Shown here: in pieces, positions 46,595 through 57,900 of the stretch | Numbering within the stretch: position 1 is the first letter of the stretch | Layout: every line of letters begins with the position of its first letter | Assembly: GCA_000708835.1 (NCBI GenBank) | Contig: DF236963.1 | Coordinates: 124,001 to 188,000, forward strand | Direction of reading: 5' to 3' | From: Klebsormidium nitens | Taxonomy: Eukaryota; Plantae; Klebsormidiophyceae | Length of the DNA: 64,000 nt | Made by a program: the position numbers and the translations under genes | Notes under the pieces: model-generated | What the model saw: only the letters and a program-made list of their open reading frames with translations | Databases searched by the model: none | Told to the model about the DNA's origin: nothing

Positions 46595-49500
46595 TTGGCG
46601 ATGCAGGCGCCTCGACTTGTTCTTGGTGCGAAACTTCTGAAGCTCGTCCCTCCAGCGAGCTGCGACGCATTCGGAAGGTTAGAACTCAAATCAAGACGAT
46701 GTCCGTGATGGCTACGTTTTGATCGAGCGTATACACTACTGCAATCAAACAGCGTATTGATATAAAGGCTCATTTCGTAAATCCGAGCTGCAAGGAATTT
46801 AGTTAGAACTGATTAGGAAGCGACCATGGAAATCTGCTTCCCGACAGGTGGGAAGAGACTCCCGGAAGCAGAAGCAACACAGCTACTGCCACAAAGGAAC
46901 AACTTCAGCGAGCCGATTCTCCTGGCCTTCGTGTTTTCCAGTCGCTGATTCCTCCATACAGTTTCAGAAAACTCACTACGCAATGGCTGCCTCAAAGCAA
47001 CTTTGACTTCGAGAGTCCGTTGCAACTCACCAGCATCAGCGTAGCGCTCCTCATTGGCCGCAATCGACATGTTCTTGATGAGAATAATCTCCTCGGCCAG
47101 GGGATCGTGCTGGTTGTCGGCACTGCAGAAATGAAGGAAAGGAGCTTTTAATAGCTAAATAACCTTGATAAAACATGTTTCTGACTATCTTCTTGTTCAC
47201 GCTCTTATGGTGGGAGGTATCTCAGTTTCGGGCTCTCAGTTTTCGAAAAATGAAACATTCTGCAGGGGCATCTTTGACCCGAGTACTCTTGAGGATCTGT
47301 AGGATAGTTCCCCCAACACAGTGCCAAGAAGGTGCTGGAAAACAAAAAAAACTAGGTGCAAAACTTTCATAAGTATTCCCTCTGGCACTTCAGTCAGTTT
47401 ATTGGCCTTAGAGCTCAGAGGATGGTCACAAGCCTTTGGAAAAACGGCTGCTTATGGCAGGGGCTTGCTCCCCCTTCTGTGCACCGTAAGAAATAAGGCA
47501 TGCTCAAGCAACCTCACCCTCCTCTGCAAGGTTAACTTCCAGAGGTGTGTCCACCAAAGATGACCTCTAAGCCAAGCACGTGGATTCTTGAAAACATGAG
47601 CATGTAAACTCACACATCCAGCCTGGCGTCCGGCAAGAGGCGGGCAAATCCATGGCCGGCAAGGTCTGTCCACACCGTCTTGTACTCGGGGATGACGCCA
47701 TCAGACTCCATTAAGTTCTTGTTGACAAAGATTTTGACCTGGAACAATTAAGACGCCGATTCAGTACGCCATGATACGGCACCTGCAATTGTGGACACAG
47801 GTAGAACATGACCCTGCAACTGCAAGAATTTGAAGGATGACAAAGGTCATAATACAACCAGTGTCTTGTCAAGCATTTGCCCTTCCCTTGTGGCCCAGGC
47901 AAAGCCTAATTGCACTAAACCAGACAACTTCCAGCCCTCACAACAGACTACAAAAGCAAGCGCGCAAACCACGGGCCAACTTACGTTGCAGGCGACGGCG
48001 ATGTTGATAGCGTCCGAAGGCTTCGCATCAACGCTCACAATCTCGTTCGAGTTTGCCTGCAGAAAGACAACTTCGAAGATTAGCACATCGTAATTTGCCA
48101 CTTAGGGAGCATCAACACCAGACTATTAAACCTAATATTGCATTGTGATGTGGACAGACATTTTACCAGACAACTGTTAGATAGATGGTGTCTCTCAGTC
48201 AGCTTATTGAGCAGGCTTGCCTCCTTTCAGAAGTTGGTACGCTCCTCAAAGAACTTTGAAAAATCAGACGAGTGCTCAAAGGGAACACAGACTCTGGAAG
48301 CAAACCGCAAAAACGAGTAACGCGCTACTGTAAACGGCAATTTTCTACCTGAGCAAGGTAAATGCGGGCGTGGTACGTATCTACCACCCGTCCCGTCACC
48401 CTGACCATCTTAACCTCCATCTTTGTGGTAGCGCACATCTCGCGGATGACCTCATACATGGTCGGCCGGGCCTGAAAGCAGAGCAAACATTGTTAAATTA
48501 AGTATCGGACCACAAGGCTGTAGGAAAACCACCTGGACAAACGTATCACTGCCACTGTTGATAAAACCCCAGCAGTGAAGTCAAGTTTGTGGACAGGCTA
48601 AATTGATAGCCCTTCTTAAACCATCATTGAGTTAGCCACAACCCTGTTCAGCGGTGCCAATCCGAGAGGTGGGAATAGGTGCTCAACCAGAAATACTGAT
48701 TTTTTAAGCCCGGCGAATCGCACTTGAGAGCAACAGCTTTGCAGCTTTGTGAAGTATGTTCCTTTCCAAAAGGTCCTCCATGATTCAGCTGGAACAAAAT
48801 AGCAAGATTGTGAAGTGCTTCCGGTCAGAAAAATGTTTTGTCTGCCAATATGATGAGACTAAGCAAACAAGCAAAGTAGAGAATAAACTCACGCCAGTCT
48901 CCTTTTTCAGAGCCTGTGTCAGCATCTGGCTTGCTTGACCGTCTGCAGCACAAAGCGGAAGGTAGTCAAAGATAAGGTACCAGGTCAACACAGCAAGTAT
49001 TCCAGCGCCACCAGTCCCTGCTCCTTCATGCAAAAAGTGAACCAAAATGGCTGGCACGAACTTTTGCCTGATTCCTGAAAGGAACGCCTTCAAATCCACT
49101 TTCAAAATGCACAGTTGACAAAGGTTCTGCCAATCTGAAATCAGCAGAGACCAAAATGTAAACCGCCTCATGCAAGTAACTTACTGACGACAATTGGTAG
49201 TACTAGGTCGCTGGCCTCCATCTTCAGAAAGATTGTGGGAACAGCGGCATGGTAGAAGATACGGCCTGCACGAGCGCCAGACACCTGCTTAGCGCGGCGC
49301 AAGTTGGCTTCATAGTAATGGAACACTCCTGCTTACGTAGGATACAAACAGCAGATGGCAAACAGAAGTTAAGTGGAGTGACCAAGGTGGGTTCTGAGGA
49401 ACACAGAGTGCGATGGTGTAAGAAGAGAGATACCAAGAAAAGGAAAAGGCTAAAAACCCTAATGACCAATTCGCAAGAGATGCTTGAAAGGAACACAAAG

Positions 49501-50588
49501 CAAAGAGATTGCCTGTAATCATCGTGATACTTCATTGTGAAAAAAGTTGCTGAGAAAGTCAAGGTCCAGCTACTTGGATCTTTTTCTGAACGCACAATCA
49601 ATCCAAAGTGCAACAAATCAGTCACGAGCGGACAATGTCAAGCCAATGCTTGAATCAATGTGAAACTAGAAAACTTCTTCAGTAGGGAGAAAGCAATGTA
49701 AGAGGAATAAAGCAGATGGCGTAAAATAGGTTTCTCTGAGAAAATCTACAATGCACTGCTAAGAAACTTTGTGCTCTGCTGCCAAAGGGTTCACTTAGAA
49801 GCCAAATAAGGAGTCAACACTAGTTGAACCTTAAAATGCACTTGGAGATATATATGTAGAGAAAGCTCATTCGCTCAAGCTGTCAACCACGCAATCAAAC
49901 AAATTTCAATGCACACAAATACACATACTTTCAAACCGGCAGGGAATTCTTGAATACAATATTCTTATCTGGTAGTTGGTTTGAAAAGGAGAGTGTTTCT
50001 TCTCACATCCTGATGCAAACAGACATAGTAAACCCCTCAATCAAGGCATTATTGCGTCAGCTTGAATTGCTTACATTTCTGAATCACAACCACAGCAGCT
50101 GTCAGTGTCTCAACACAGGCAATTTCAAAAGCCCCTTCACATATCTCTTGCAATTGGGCAACATCAACTGGCCTACTATGAGTATGCTTTGATTAGGTAC
50201 TTCAGCATCCTTCAAACAAATTGACTCACTTAGTTTCAATGCACTTACTTGCATCAATTACAGCAGCCTCCCGAAAATCCTCGTCCGCATGCAGCATATC
50301 TTCACCGGAGCTGCCCTGGTTGTCATTCAGGGCCATGCTGATGACCCTCCTGCGAAGCGTTCTCCTCCGAATACTTCTGCTGCTTGGATGTTCAAATGCA
50401 ACAGCAATGCGAGACATTGGAATTCCACATACTAGTCCGTTATGCACAAGGCGTGTTGGGATTCTGAGAACTGACACCGGCAGGCACCGCACTCGATGAG
50501 TGGCAGCTGTGTGAGCCGCCTCCGCAGGGAGCGCTTGTTGAAGCAGAACATTTGAAGAAGCGAAGCGGTTCACCGCAAGAAGCGCCAT
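46595..50588 (-). CDS. BBD: Bifunctional nuclease (DUF151/DNase-RNase domain plus C-terminal UVR-like helix), likely plastid-targeted; 3' end uncertain
   Basis: Exons 50588..50249, 49328..49185, 48942..48893, 48471..48349, 48056..47985, 47738..47614, 47122..47031, 46659..46595 (GTGAGT follows; terminal exon unresolved). Motifs PTIFLKME..LVLPIVV, ARPTMYEVIREM, VKMVRVTGRVVDTYHARIYL, VSVDAKPSDAINIAV, EERYADAARWRDEL. Confidence 0.88.
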
Positions 50589-52852
50589 GGCCCTCACAAT
50601 TGACCCACTGCTTCAAATGGTGAAAGATTTATATTGGATGAAGTGGATGCGTGTAGGCCTTACAATTGTGGGTAAGCAAAGAAGGATCAATTGCAGCTTA
50701 GAAAACGTGCTGCCCTTCAAACCTCATTCCCAATTCTTGCGTCCGGCCCCACTTCTCAAGAAGTTCTGCTCCAAAATGCTGGTTTCCTTCTCAGGCTGGG
50801 GACCTGAGCAGCATGAGCTATACGGTATACTTATGCAGCTGCTGCTGATGCAGGCAGCAGGAGTTCAGTTTTGCTGCGCAAGCTGGTCACAGGCCACATG
50901 ATGATTTGATGTTGGTTACGCTAACGGTCCGACTGTACACTCTGGTTTTTAAGCTACCGTAATTGGTGTAACATTATTGAATAGCATGCAGCCGGTGGAT
51001 GCTAACCGCACACGTCAACCGCGGCCTGATGTCAACCTGTTCATATAATAGGACGCTACCTGAAAAACATAACCCCAAGCAGACTTTAACCTAGCTCCCG
51101 GGCTCAGCTGGCACCTCATCCCTCGGTTAAAAGTAGACCCCGACCCTGAACCCCAGTGAAGACCTAGGATCTAAAACCCAAGAAAAGTCGTCAATGCATG
51201 ATGATTTTCCCGGTGCAATCTGGCGCCAATGATCGATTGATCAACCGTGTAGTCCTACGCCGGCGTCGGACAGCCCACCCCGGCCGGAATGACATCGATC
51301 AGGCCAGCCCGCCATGCGCATGCCAATGAGTGCCTCATCACGTAGTCCGTCCGATTGAAAGATACCACATAAGTGGCTGCTTGTGACCATCCGATTGGAT
51401 TAACCTGACTCAGCAAACCGACTCGAATCCAACTGGTCCGGTCACATTTGAACCGGTTGGTCCACGAACTTTCGTGCACAGCCCGGTACAGATTTTTCTT
51501 GTACGGATATCGTACTTGCCGCAGTCACGTTGAAACTGGCCGCTTCTCACACACACACGAGCCCGGTATAAATGGGTCGGCAACGCCAACCCATTCTGGA
51601 GTCTGGATTCAGCATGCTCTTCGAGCAGACTCCTGGAGCGAGCCTGGCGCCTGGGTCCCCTGTGCAGCACGGATCTAGCATGGCGCAATATTGTCATGCT
51701 TCAACGACGCCCAGCCTCCAGTTCCATGTCGGGAGGCCAATGATGCGACGTACATGCGAGTGATGCGAGCGCGAGTACACATGCTGACATACAGTTGGGA
51801 GATCTCACAAGCAACTGACAAACTGAAGGCCTGAACTTAGCGGCGGTAGTCGATTGTGTCCAGCCGATGATGTATAGAAGAGTAGACCTCTTCAGTCTGC
51901 TGATTGTAACCCTGACATTTTGTGCTCTTGAATACGACTAGTACAGTAAGTTGTTATATAGAGTCCCTTTTCCAAAATGTACCTAAACATCCGCGGAAAA
52001 CAATCTGGTTACGTGACAAAAACAACGATAATGACGGGATAATGACTCGCCGATCTTCCCATGCAGTGACGGCGACAAGGTTGACGAACACTCAAACTTC
52101 TTGTCGGATGGGTTTGAAGGTCATGCACTCATGCACCGGTACCTTGCACATGAACAAGTTGTGCCACATTACAAGTCGCTTGGCCTATCGGCCTTATGAA
52201 TCGGACCATTCTTTGCTTGACTTGAGTTTGCAAAGATTGATATAACAAAAATTTCATGGTATACAATCAATCCTGGTTTCACAGGCTCATACGTATAATT
52301 CGAGTCGTTGCGGACCTCCAATCATGCTTGAGGGTGATCTTTCAGATCATGTCTAGGTACATCAAAGTCGATGCCATGCAAACTTCTCTTGGACCGAGTA
52401 TTTAGCAATTTGAAAATGATCATGGGCCTTCTGATGCATGGGGGATAAATGACCGGCGGATCAACCGGTCGACCAGGATATGGTATCTTGTATACATGAT
52501 TTATCTGAAGCCTGACGTGCACCTGTACACCTGGATTGTGAATACAAAGCCACGCTAGCACCCGCCCAATCAACCTTAGTATCGTCGGGATCATTTTTCG
52601 ATGGCAGCGGCTTGTCCTATTTGTGATACCGAGTGCCGCCATTACTTGTCAAGACTTTACCTTGATTTACTAGCTCGTATTTTTGCACCATGAATACTTC
52701 GACCCAGGCACTACATTTAACACGTTCAGATCACAGATCTCACCGTAGTGCCTGTTGACCTGCCATGCCAGGCCTCACAAGATCAAAACGAATCATGCAA
52801 TTCAGTCACATAGAAAAGGACGGAAAGGCTTGAGAACAAAGCGCAGATGTCA

Positions 52853-53322
52853 TTATGATTTTCGTCTACGACCTTTGCGCTTCATACGAGTCTCCCGTTT
52901 AGTCAACTCGTCATTCACATTTTTCCATGGGGAGTCGTCATCTGGCCCTATTTGATCAAGAAGGTCGTCTGACTCCTGCATGATCGTAGAAAAGAAAGAT
53001 TGCGACGTTTGCATATGAGCAGATGTACAAACGAAGTCCAAGTTGAAGCATCTGCTCAGCACTTATGGACTCAGCGTACTACTTCTAAACGGCAGATTGT
53101 AAAGACAAAAGTCATCACGATCAAGAAACTTCTGCCTCGCAAATTTGTCTTCAAATCTACTTTATGCAATATCAATCCCTTCAACTCACCCGCATCTTCT
53201 CCATGAAGCTCACAGCATAGAATGTGGCAGCGGCTGCGATTATGATTCCACCAACAGAGAGGGCACTGTCGACAATGTTGACTGCCGACATGTTTGCTGC
53301 AAATGTAAGCGGATTGATGGAC
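52853..53322 (-). CDS. Small single-pass membrane protein of unknown family; probably has further upstream exons
   Basis: Exon 53322 (acceptor; internal ATG at 53291)..53190 ends in a GTGAGT donor; exon 52975..52853 follows a tgcag acceptor. Spliced MSAVNIVDSALSVGGIIIAAAATFYAVSFMEKMR|ESDDLLDQIGPDDDSPWKNVNDELTKRETRMKRKGRRRKS*. Phase 0 matches; one clear hydrophobic segment. Confidence 0.6.
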
Positions 53323-54543
53323 CTGGAGGCTTCTCAACTGTTCTACTTGTGCCTTCTCGCCTCTCATCCTAATTTATTGCCTTGGTTTTCATGGTGAAGA
53401 GGAATTCATCAGTCAAGCTTAATGGATATCATGTCCTTTTGCAATTTTCAATGGCTTGATAGTTGACAATGTCAAGTGATGACCAGCTGTGCTTGACATA
53501 CGTCATTCTTGGACTCTGTGGACTTGGCTTAACCTGTGCTCTAAGGGGGACCTGGAGATTCTTCAAACATAGCCTGCATCCGATCCTTGGATGGCAGATG
53601 CATCAGACCCTTCCATGTTGGATCAGAGAGATGAACTCACAACGCAGGTGGTACAATGCTACGAAAGGGCTGAGAGCCAAACCCAGACACTGGAAGCAAT
53701 CAACTATTCCACTCTTCAATCAAGAGTTTTTCCAAATCCTGGTTAGCTATTCTAACATTCAGCAATGCAATCGTTCTCAGGGCTGAAAGTGGACCACTGT
53801 TGTCCTCTAGCTCATGCGTTTATGAAATCGCAGACATGAAAGACTCTTTCAACAGACGTTGTTCTCAAAAGCATCAAAAGATTTCATAAACATTGATTGC
53901 AGAAAACTGTGTGATACGCCAAAGTATTGTTGGACTGTCGTCCACCATGGTTGTCGAGAGCGACGAGTGTGAGAATCTTGTATCAGCCATGTGGCTGGCT
54001 ATGATGGTGGCAAACCACAACAAGACTCAGACGCCATCAATGCATTTCGACAAGGAAGGAAAATTGACAGCAAGTCCCGGCAAAGGTGGCTCATTTGGAG
54101 GATATAGGAAGCTTGCTAGACCTCCGCAAGTTGTCCCTTGGCGGTCCGGCCCCTTGGCGCTCACGACCATGCATTGAAAGGGTGCTTACCTGTCTTGCAC
54201 AATCTTCTGCTGCTCCGCCCAAAGCGAAAGGCCCACGGCGCGACCCACGGTGGTGAAGCTGGAGTCACTCAACCAGCTACTTGGATTTATATGGCCGCCC
54301 GGCCGGCCCCTTCTCAGCTTCTCCAAACTGATCTCCCACGCCCTTGTCCCTTCCCCACCGCTGGCACCAGCTGCCCAAATGTGAGACTCGGAGTCGGAGT
54401 GCATGAAACATTTTAGGCACCTGTAGATGAGAGTGAGAGGAGCAGGTTCTTCAACGATCTTGGACCGTTCAAAATGTCCATCTAACGGCTTCGATCTCCC
54501 CATTAAAGCTGGTGATCCCCCTGCAGGAGTCTGAATCGGAAAA

Positions 54544-54552
54544 TTAGGGTTT
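54544..54552 (-). promoter_or_regulatory. Telo-box about 400 bp upstream of the CFAP53 start
   Basis: ttagggttt (reverse complement of AAACCCTAA) at 54544-54552. Confidence 0.25.
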
Positions 54553-54949
54553 CTCCGGCCGCGCTTGCATACAGCGCCATGGTTGTGAGCAAGCTTTCGA
54601 AATTCAGGCGCCATGTAGCAGTTGATGTGTCAGCAAACGCAAGACGGCGTGCAAAAGCATTGCCTTTGAGACCCTTGTATTGACATCACTGTCAGCATCT
54701 TGCGTGTTGCATTAGTCGGGATATGGGGTTGTGACGAACTGTTGGAGCAATTTTACAAAGCAGACATACCCCGCTCCGGCATTCTTCTTTCACGTAGGCA
54801 GAGTAAGCATCCAATTCATCATCGATTATTGGCTACAATCTGCTTATGTTTTCTGAAGCTTTCACCGATTGCGTGTATCTAGCGTGTCAGGGTTAGCACA
54901 AGAAGGAATCTGGAGGTCTAATTCAGCGTTTGCAAACGAAGTAGCCAGG

Positions 54950-57900
54950 ATGAAGCCCACGGCGAGTCGCCGTGTGGCTCCTGACAGCCGCATCTTGAAG
55001 ATGCGGGAATACGAGGACAGGCACAGGGCCTTGACTGAGGCCACTGTTGCTCAGCAACAGATTATGGCTACCGCAGAATGGGAGATGACTACAGACAGGA
55101 GGATCAAAGCTCAAGTAATTCAGGGCCGGTTTCAGCATCTAAAGGATAGGGAGGAGCAGAGACTGGAGGAGCGGAGGGAGAGGCTTGCAGAGATGTTGAG
55201 AGCAGAGGAGGTTCAGTTTCAGCAGGTGAAATTCTAGTCTTTGCTCTCAGTAATATCTGCCCCTCAACACCATCCACATTTGACCCGTTTGGTATCAAGT
55301 GAGCGGGACTTGCAGCTTCTCAGCTTGTGGAGTTTCGGGCCAAAATCAGCACTGCATTTCATGTCGCGGGTTATGAAATACCCAAGCTGTGAGAGCCTGC
55401 CTTTTGCAAAGTCAGACAGTGAAGTGTTCTGCACAAATGACGCTCCAAGGGGCTCACAGGTCAAAGAACTTGGTTCTTTCCTTGGCATTCTACCAAAGAA
55501 ATCTCAACAACTTGGAAAGACCACGTGGGAGAGGGGCTAGGCGAAACATATCCAAAGTGAGGGGCAGCCCTCGGGCTTAGGTGTCCGCACTTCTCTCATC
55601 TGCAGAGTCCAGCTCAGAGTAAGCCCAAACTCAAGGGCGGAGTTGGTCAATCTCCTAGAAGGTCCTGCGAGTGCCTCTGCAGCACCCCTTAATCCCTGTG
55701 CCTTCCTTCTCAGTGAGAGCCAAGCTCATGGTGAAAATGTGCTTTAGAGGATGCACCTGCCGCCTTTCCCTTCAAGCTGTCCTCACAGATTTTCCAAGCT
55801 GCCCAGCTCATTACAAGTATCGACCGTTCTTTTCTTTCCCGCTGTATGCAAGTTCAGTTATGAGCTTTTCTGCTTTGATTTTCCCTACTCACGCGGTTGA
55901 TAGCATTTTGGCCATATGCCATCATGTTGCCATGTCTTATCAATTTGGTCATAGTCCATCTAGATTTCATCTCAAACAAGAGCGGCCAGCCTGGACTTCC
56001 CCAGGAGAAGTGCCAAATGAGCTTATCTCGCATCAGAGCAAGAGCCACCATCTAGACTTTGGGCCTCCATGACTCGGTCGCACAAGAGAGCTGCTACTGT
56101 AACTGTCACACATCTGCAATGAAGGTCGCATGTCATGGGCTACAACAGCAACTCGACCGGGGAAAAGAATGCGGATTGCGGAACTTACATTCGTTTCACT
56201 TTATGTTTGAGTTTTACTTTCCCGTTCACTTTCACCTCACTAGATTGAATGTAGTTCTTTTGTTTCTCTGTTTCGTCATATTCCATCATTCTAAATCAGA
56301 TTGCATCAGACTTCAATTCTGGCGCTCAAGAGCTGCGCCGCCTGGAGATCTCCACCTTCAGGGAACACACGACAAGGCCCAGAACAGCAGATCAGTGAGG
56401 AGAAAAAGATTGCGAAACCCATAAACTTTTCATGGTATAGAATCAGAGTTGCGTGATCTCTTGCTGAGGAGCTGCGCAGCCTGGAGGTGCAGGCCCAGAG
56501 GGAAGGCCCGAAACAGCGGATCAACGAGAGGGAAGGATTGTATGAACTGATAATCTTATACAATCCGGTGTTGTTATTTGCTCAGGAGCTGTGCAGCCTG
56601 GAGATCCCCCCTGAGGGAGCACACGACCAGGCCCGAAAGATCAAAGGGATGAGAGGAAAGGGATTCCAGAAATCTCAAGATTATCATGTTGAGACTAGAT
56701 TAGAATCAGTCTAGAAATAAATTCATGTTGTTCTTTACTCAGGAGCTGCGCAGCCTGGAGATCCCCCCCGAGGAGCGGCGCGCGATGCTGGAGGCGCGGG
56801 CCGTGGAGTTGCGCAACCGGCGCGAGGCCGAGCGCAAGCGGCTGGCGGACGAGCTGCTCTTCCAGCGTTGGCGCGAGGGTTGCGACGCCGTGCGCACACT
56901 CGACTCGAAGCACTTGACCATGAGCGCCGTCAACGGCAGGTGGGGCTGACGTCAGCATAAAAGGCCGCTAGCTGTTTGCTTTGGTTGATGGTGAATTGCA
57001 AAGGGAAGAACGAAAAGGTGGGAGGTGGGAGGAAAGCGTTCTGAGTCGAAGCACCTGACCGTCCGTCTGTCAACGAGCGGTTGGGGCAACACCATTGACT
57101 CCACCGGCGAAGCGACTTTGGCAGACGGCTGGCGTTTGTTTGATGCATAAGCTGTGTGCCTCCGGACGTCGGTGGAGGCTGAAGCAGACTGACGGGTCTG
57201 AGGGAACCGGTATCACGATTAAACAAGGCCGTTCGATGTTGGGTGCCAGCACTTGATCATGTTCGAGAGTACCTAGTTGACTACGTACATCTTCTTATTG
57301 CATTGTTTTCCTTTCATCCACCCTTTTCACCCTTACGGTCATCAGTGATCTCGATTGCTCCTGCTCGTACGTTGAGCTTTCAAAGCTACACACAGGAGAA
57401 AAATTGAGAGCGCAAATACAAACCGTCTCCTATTACGATCCGAAACAGCAGAGTACACGATTTCTTGGTTCCGTTTGCGGCAGGCGCACCCAGCTGGAGG
57501 AGAAGGATAAGATGCATATCTCACCGTCGACAACGGCACCCCTACTCCTACGACTTTCATAAGAAGCTCTTTTCGATAGAAAGAGAACCACTAAAAGCGC
57601 AAACAAAGCGTGTCTCGCAAAAGTCGAGACAGGGAAGAATCCAATTCTCCATTCCGTTTGCGGCAGGCGCGCGCAGCTGGAGGAAAAGGAGAACCGGCTG
57701 CGGACCGAGGCGGAGGAGAAGCGCGCGGTGGAGGGCATGATGGAGCGCGAGCGGCTGAAGAAGGAGGCCAAGGTCGCCGAGGAGAAGCGCAAGCGTGCGC
57801 AGGTCGACGGCGAAGTCGTCAAGCTGCTGGACGAACAGATGGAGCAGCTGCGCATTCTGCAGGTGGGGCTTGCGATCTGGTCATTTTCAATTTTGTGTTG

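Noticed and set aside
48961-49171. PAILVHFLHEGAG segment as a BBD exon
   Set aside because: The family motif PTIFLK..LVLPIVV lies in exon 49328..49185, which splices in phase directly to 48942, so this stretch is intronic.
54186-54614. 142-aa minus-strand ORF as an independent gene or first exon of the small TM protein
   Set aside because: It has a good donor near 54190, but I could not build a phase-consistent path to the downstream exons, and it has no recognisable motif; left unresolved.
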